From Octopus vulgaris (Eukaryota), in NCBI GenBank assembly GCA_951406725.2, contig OX597819.1, forward strand, positions 103,230,001-103,294,000: 64,000 nucleotides of DNA. Direction: 5' to 3'. Below are positions 56,801-64,000 of the stretch, in pieces; the first letter of the stretch is position 1; each line of letters starts with the position of its first letter. The notes beneath the pieces are model-generated. The model worked only from the letters and a program-made list of their open reading frames with translations, searched no databases and was not told the DNA's origin. The position numbers were made by a program, and so were the translations under genes.

Positions 56801-57237
56801 ATCTTCCTACTTGAACTAAATGATATTGTAGTTCTTCTAAAAACCAAGTAAACTCAACAAAAATATTTAGACAATATACACATTTTTAGACAATGTACGT
56901 ATCGAGGAGGAGATGAGATCATATTCTAAATTGTATGAAAAGGACAGAATACTAGATGAAACTGAGAAGAGGCTTTACGAAATTAACCTTTTTTAATGAT
57001 CCAGAGAAAGTCAGATCTCATTTGTTAGCTATAAACCCAGAGCTCTTCATGAAAAAGTTTTGGAATTTCCAGCCATAAGCAAAACGAAAGAAGTAGATGG
57101 ATGTAGAATAAGTTCAACGCAAAAACACCTTTGATTTGTATAAACATATCTTGTTTAAAATGTTTCACCATATATTTTATTCATTCCGTGTAAATATTTA
57201 TGCTTTATAAAAAATAATGTGTGTGTGTGTGTGTCTG

Positions 57238-57279
<42 letters not shown>

Positions 57280-58173
57280 TGCGTGTGTGTGTGCGTGTGT
57301 TGACTGTTGGGTCTCCCCATATTCTTGCTATAACTATTTTTAAATCAACATTTTTCGAAACTTTTGCTACTTCCATGACTACATTGTTTATATCTGATAG
57401 AATTGCAATATCTTTTTATGAAAAGTTCTCATTTTGTTATCGTGTAATGCATAATGTTAGTGGTCTACTTAACTTTTATCTTTCTTTTGTATTTTGCTTG
57501 TGTCAGCCATGCTGGTGCACCCAATTAAAGAAATTTAATCGATACCCATTGATAATTTTTGGAAGTCTGGTACTTATTTTATCAGTTACTTTTGCAGAAA
57601 CGCTAAGTTATGGGGGCAAAAACTATAGAAGTATACATTTGTTCAACGTATCTCAAAGAGTGACTGAACCCGCAACCCTGTGGTCGGCAAGCAAGATTCT
57701 TCTCGTGCAACTATGTCTGTGCTTCTTCAATTATTTCATCGGCCCGGATGTGAAACTCCCACACGGTCTTTTGTGCACCAGGATCGCTTAGAACCCTTTT
57801 CTTGTACTTGATTGCACAACTTATCTGAGTGTTGCATCAGTAGTCTATTAAGCATGTGACCAGTGTCAATTGAGACAAAACTTTGCTTTTGTTTCCTCAC
57901 ATTTTGAAGCCTGATTGCAATGGCCGATTTTGTTCGTTGAAACAGTGGAATGAATTATCCTTACTCACTGAGCTAATGTTAAGAGCTTGATTTTGAGCAA
58001 CCACCAGAATTTTTCCGTTTCACTCTTTGAATCTTCACTTTAGAGACACTCCAGCGATGTGACTGCGTTTCTACTAAGTTTTTCTTCCTTTGAAAATTAA
58101 CCTACTTTGGCATGCGTTTTCTCTTGAAGCTCAAATGAAGTAGGTTCTTGTTCTAATGTAGCATATTGAAAAA

Positions 58174-58402
58174 AGGGGCGAGCCGGCAGAAACGTTAGCA
58201 CACCGGGCGAAATGCTTAGCGGTATTTCGTCTGCCGTTACGTTGTGAGTTCAAATTCCGCCGAGGTCGACTTTGCCTTTCATCCTTTCGGGGTCGATAAA
58301 TTAAGTACCAGTTACACACTGTGGTCGATATAATCGACTTAATCCGTCTGTCTGTCCCTGTTTGTCTCCTCTATGTTTAGACCCTTATGGGCAAAAAAGA
58401 AA
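58174..58402 (+). mobile_element. SINE family 2, well-preserved copy
   Basis: ggcgagccggcagaaacgttagc (A-box-like), gagttcaaattc (B-box), and body gaggtcgactttgcctttcatcctttcggggtcgataaattaagtaccag. Confidence 0.8.
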
Positions 58403-59271
58403 TATTATTGAAATAGTTATTCACTGTTTCATATGCACTAATTTACTTAGCTTTTTTCTTCATTCACATAATCATAATGACAAATACTACTCAATCCTCT
58501 CTTAATAATTTGCTGTTTCATGTATAAACGACTAACATGGTACTTTAAAGGAAGGGTTTCATACATATATAACGGCTTACTCATTTCTTATTTCTGACTA
58601 ATGCATCTTTATCTTTTTATCTTTGCGTTCAATTCCGTATCCCATACCATAAGGCATACCGTTAATACGTTGATCGTATTTATCACATCCCTTGACTTAA
58701 ATTTGGATGTCAATGAAGCTTTATATTTTATAAATATAGCATTTTCACTTGTTCATCTAATTCCTTATACATAACATCGTCGAATTCCTGAATGCTTGTA
58801 TATCTGTAACCAGTATCATCAGGTTCTGAGACCCGTTCTTTTTTCTTTAAAACTATTTTGATAAAATGACCGCCATCTCTCCTTATATGAGTGAAGTCGC
58901 ACGTTTTGATCTGAAAAAAACATATTTCTATTGCACTGTCACTGTAGCACAGATTTTCTATATTAGCAAGCAAATTGGTCTTTTCGTGGTCGTAAGTCAT
59001 AGACCTTGTCGCCTCGTGGATAAAACGTCTGTTTTCAAATCAGATTTTCTTATTTCGGTCGTGGACGTAAGCTAAGTATTTTGACAATAGAAGCAGCAAA
59101 GTCTCGATCACAGGAAACGAACCTGAGACCTTTCGACAGCCTATCTAATCTGTCAGCTGCAATTCTACATGATACAGTTCAAATTTCCCTGAAATCTACC
59201 GTAAAATTCTCACACACAGAAATAGAGACCATCCTCTTCCTTACTGTTGTTCTTATCTTAGAAACAAACAT

Positions 59272-59349
<78 letters not shown>

Positions 59350-59935
59350 AGACTGTCTGGCTTGCTGGCTATCTGTATACACACACATACAAATATATAT
59401 ATATATACATATATACATATATTACATATATATAGAGACTTTTCTTTCTCTTGTTCTCTGTATGTATCTCCCTCGCTCTAGCTTACATTCTAACATGAAC
59501 ACGGATTTATGGATTAACTCCGAAGACGTGAATATAATCCGCAAACCTTTTTACAGCTCGTGTTACAAATCCGTATACTCCTTTTATATGTTTGTGTCCA
59601 CTGGATTGAGAGACACCCGATCCTTAGCAAGCTAGGGGTGGATAGTGAAGCACGCACATGAGGGTCGGGAGCATTTGTTTTGTTTTTTTCTCTTTTCCAT
59701 TCTTAATACTAAAATAGAGATTATTAAACATGATAGGAAAGAGTTTGATAGATTAAATATAAGTGTGGATTTTGTTGTTGCTGCTGTTGTTATAGTTTGT
59801 GGTGGTAGTGGTGCTGGTGGTGGGTGCTGGTAATGGTCTGTAGGGATGTAGCTGTTGTTGAATGGACGGATATTGGAGATGGGGGTGGTGTAGGTAATTC
59901 AATGTATGGGTAGATAGACAGGTGGTTCAGAAAGA

Positions 59936-60003
<68 letters not shown>

Positions 60004-60279
60004 GTGATAATAATAATAACAATAACAACAAATAAATAAATAATAGCAACAACAACAATAATAATATATTTCCAACTAATATCTTAGGTGGAAATTGAAA
60101 CCGCCAGTACTTAATTGTAAGCAAATCTCTGCATGATTTGCTCACTGTCTAACACTTGAATTGTAACTTTAATATTCCTCGGGTGGAGGGGGTGGGGAAG
60201 AGGTATTTCTTTAAACTCTCTAATACTCAAACCGGATAACAACAGCGGGAATTATACAATACCAGCACCATCAATAGCA

Positions 60280-60362
60280 TCATCGTCATCATCGTCGTCG
60301 TCGTCGTCGTCGTCGTCATCATCATCATGTATCATCATCATCATCATCATCATTATCATCAT

Positions 60363-60393
<31 letters not shown>

Positions 60394-60592
60394 GTCGTCG
60401 TCGTCGTCGTCGTCGTCGTCATCATCATCATCATCATCATCATCATCACCATCATCATCGTCATCATCATCATAAGCGTTGTCGCTGTTTGTCGCTTTCC
60501 GTCGTCTTCATCGTTGTCGCCATAATCATCAACATCATCGTCATCATCACCATCATCATCATCAAATTATTATCGTCGTCGTCGTCGTCGTG
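60280..60592. repeat. Compound (CAT)n/(CGT)n microsatellite
   Basis: Directly visible in the sequence. Confidence 0.9.
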
Positions 60593-60879
60593 ATCATCAG
60601 CCTACCATCCTTCATTGTGTAAATAACCATAACCGTCACACACTACTTTCATCTCAGCATCAGCAACGACACTAACACCACTACCACAGCCACCATCCTA
60701 TGCTAGAAATAGCAGCCACAAACCTCACACATAATATCCAAGCATGTCAACAAATGGAAGTAAATATCCAATAATGTTGACTTAGACATACTATTTCTTA
60801 AAAGAATATGAAGTGGTCACAGATATAAATCTTTAGATGTGATAAATCAGGTTGGCTGGGGTTGAACAAGAACAGCAGT

Positions 60880-61215
60880 GGAGGCGCAATGCCCCATTGG
60901 TTAGGGCAGCGGACTCGATTTCGATTCCCAGACCGGGCGTTGTGTGTGTTTATTGAGCGAAAACACCTAAAGCTCCACGAAGCTCCGGTAGGGGGTGGTG
61001 GGGACCCTTGTTGTACTCTTTCGCGACAACTTTCTCTCACTCTTTCTTCCTGTTTCTTGTCCCCGACTTCCTACGCAACCGCTGAGCCTGGATGCGCATT
61101 CATCCATCCGTCGATGCTCTTGGTGTCGGGGGTTGACCTGCTTTCTCTTCTGCGGGTCTTACGAATAGCAAGGGACCACGTTTCGGACTTCTCCTACTGG
61201 ACGAAGACCGCTACG
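60880..61215 (+). mobile_element. SINE family 3 copy with extended 3' part
   Basis: ggaggcgcaatg.ccca.tggttagggcagcggactcg.tttcgattcccagaccgggcgttgtgtg... as at 43090. Confidence 0.75.
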
Positions 61216-61624
61216 CTCAACAGCAACAGCATCAACACCAATAACAACAACAATAACGTCAACAGTAACAGCAACATCGTCAACGAAAGCAGCATATCTC
61301 AGTATGCAGTCTATAACACCATCGTAGCTACTATCACGACAACAAAACCAGGGCTCTTCTCTCTCTCGGAGCACAGACATGGTTGGTAGTTAAGAAATCC
61401 ACTTCATAGCTTCATGATTTCCACTTCAATCTCAATACACGATCCTTTCATCTTCTGCTGTACAGTCGGGTTAATCAAATCCCTGTCAATAGAATTTGGT
61501 AGAGCGAAATTGTGGGGATGACCATTAGCTGAGAAGGATGTTTGTGTACTTTGGTACAAGATTTATTTATTTATTTATTTGTTTAATTCCTCATACTGGA
61601 CAAGATATTCTTTTCTACTCTAGA

Positions 61625-61922
61625 CACAAGGCCCGAAATTTTGGGGGAGAGGATCCAGTCGATTAGATCAACCCCAGTTCGCAACTGGTACTTAAGTTAT
61701 CGACCCCGAGAGGATGAAACGCAAAGTCGACCTCGGCGGAATTTTAACTCAGAAGGTAGCGGCAGACGAAATACCTATTTCTTTACTACCCACAAGGGGC
61801 TAAACACAGAGAGGACAAACAAGGACAGACACACGGATTAAGTCGATTATATAGACCCCAGTGCGTAACACCGTTTAGCCCCTTGTGAGTAGTAAAGAAA
61901 TAGGTATTTCGTCTGCCGTTAC
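61625..61922 (-). mobile_element. Rearranged SINE family 2 copy with an internal 46-bp inverted repeat
   Basis: Reverse complement of the 58174 body. 61760-61805 and 61873-61918 are inverted copies. Confidence 0.7.
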
Positions 61923-62099
61923 GTCAGTATGTATCTTCTTTTAAGCTTGGTACTTATTCTGTCGACCCCATGTGAGTGAAACGTTCAGCGGCGGTGGAGG
62001 ATCAGTAATCTCTTTACCATACAATCAAGTCTGCACCTATAGTTAATGTTCACGAAAAGCTAATTTTCTTCATTACATAATCCCTTCATCCATTGAACC

Positions 62100-62396
62100 T
62101 TAGGGTGGAGATAAAGTTGGGAATGAAACAAATGCTTCCTCGGTTTTTGGCTTTTCAGCAGTGAATGTCTTCAGTTGCTCAATACTGACGAAAGTTGGTC
62201 GTTCAGGTGAGGGGAATACACAACATAAAGATTTCGCAACCGAAAACCGTCGAACCATCGTTGGCCATGTTTGAACACTTAAAACTTCACTTCCATAAAC
62301 AGAACGAATATATCTTGCGGTTTCGATTGCTGAAGAGTCTCTTTTGAATTCATACGGTATATTGTATCTGATACGGGTGTCATTTAAAATCATCAT
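62100..62396 (-). pseudogene. Mariner transposase N-terminal HTH remnant
   Basis: IRYNIPYEFKRDSSAIETARYIRSVYGSEVLSVQT resembles the mariner HTH pattern IR...YEF..G.SA.E.AR.I..VYG...LS..T. A frameshift follows. Confidence 0.7.
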
Positions 62397-63212
62397 TTTA
62401 AAAGGTAAAAGCGATACGAATTTAATTCCTATGGTATAAAGTAATCTACAAAAAAAAAAAGATACAAGTAAAAATTAATGCTTATTTTACCGTAATTATT
62501 GAAAATGTACTCTCAAAGTGATCATGTCAAAAACGTGACACGTTTTTCTTTGCAAATTGATAGTTTTTGATGTACGAAAAGATAAGGTAGTTACAGCCGA
62601 AATGACTTTGATCTTAGATATGGTCAGTTAATGTTGACCTTGTGTTAAACAATGTTATCAATATACGAGTTAAACGAAAGACTCTTTAAGAGGACTCTCA
62701 AAGAGTTAGTAACAGTAGCCAATCATATTTTTTTTTTAAAAAGACGAATTTGATAATGTAGTCTGAAGTAGGTTATACTTCTAAAAATATAAAAGGCGGA
62801 GATGTTGCAGTTGGAATGTTTTTGATCCTCTGCCTATTCCAGCAGATAACAAACAACAAGGGATTAAACAACAAAACCTTTAGAATATCACTACCGTCAC
62901 TGTTACTACCGCTAATACTACAACTACAACTAACATTACAAAAGTAAGTACTAGTAACACTACGAGAGCCTTAATCAACGGTAGAGCCACGACTTCAACA
63001 GAGGCACTACCAACAAACCAACAGCTCTACAACCGTAGTCACAATCATCATTGCCAATAAAAAAAAACTTTTCTTACCATCACCACGAATGTCACTCCCA
63101 CGAAACACCACCACTCTAAAACGATTACGATTCCCACAAAATCACCCACCTCAGAGCTACTACCAACACGTCCATCAGCACAACCAGCCACACTACTACT
63201 ACCACCACCACC

Positions 63213-63262
<50 letters not shown>

Positions 63263-64000
63263 CACAACCACTACAACCACAATCGCCAGTACTACTATCA
63301 TCACCAGCACCAGTCGCAACCATCTCTTCCACTACAACCTCAATAATCACTACCACAAACAGGAATACTAACACCACCACTAGAAACGACACCGCTGTAG
63401 CAATATTATCACCACAAACAGTAATGCTACCACCGCCACAATCAACGCAACTACTACCACCACCATTACCATCATCAACACTACAAAAATCTTCTTTCAC
63501 TACCACCACAATCAGCACTATCACAAAAAACACCACCGAAGCAATATCATCTCCGCAAACAATAATACTACTACCACAGAACCACCACTGCTACCACTAC
63601 CACACCAACAACTGCAGCCACCAGTTCCATCAACTGAAGAAGAAAAAAGGAATTCTTTGGCAAATACGTAAGCAATAATGAAATCTGTGAGTACGTGCAG
63701 GCAAGCGACACATGGCAATTTATAGTAACAACCCCACCATATCTGCACTTACCCTATACACCCAGTCAGAGATTCACCCTTTATACACCCTGCCGTACCC
63801 TTCCACACCCATGCTGGACCCATTCCACTCCCTAAAACCCCTTTCACACCAATCCTCTGTCCTGTCCCGCCAGTAAGCTGATATGATTCTTACAAGAGGC
63901 AATGAGTCATGGCCTTAAGTTTAATAACCCATCATTGTCCGGACACATGCTGCTTCGCACATACACACATGCACACACGCACACACACGCGCGCGCGCAA

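Noticed and set aside
62890-63680. Thr/Pro-rich mucin-like frames
   Set aside because: ACC/ACT low-complexity sequence interrupted by stops. The same texture occurs at 1300-2300.

Overview
Eukaryotic, AT-rich, gene-poor window with a very high microsatellite load. The SINE families and repeat landscape suggest a cephalopod (probably Octopus) intron or intergenic region; this is inferred from pattern recognition, not a database search. No host protein-coding gene could be supported, and almost all ORFs in the track are translated microsatellites. The real coding remnants are all from transposons. They include several R4/Dong-like non-LTR retrotransposons (RT, CCHC knuckle, restriction-like endonuclease) stacked head-to-tail in (TAA)n tracts, two Penelope-like GIY-YIG fragments, a CR1-type LINE 3' end and three Tc1/mariner remnants. 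One mariner (28243-32910) holds a nested tRNA-like element and a Dong array. The main highlight is a (TA)n-bounded cluster at 40.4-43.5 kb. It has a Penelope-like fragment followed by three type I hammerhead ribozyme motifs: a U3:A8 core variant and a head-to-head pair forming a perfect 117-bp palindrome. Also notable are a structured non-coding element with pLTR-like direct and inverted copies, a ~560-bp non-coding TAA-targeting retroposon (3 copies), and recurrent fold-back inverted duplications next to microsatellites.
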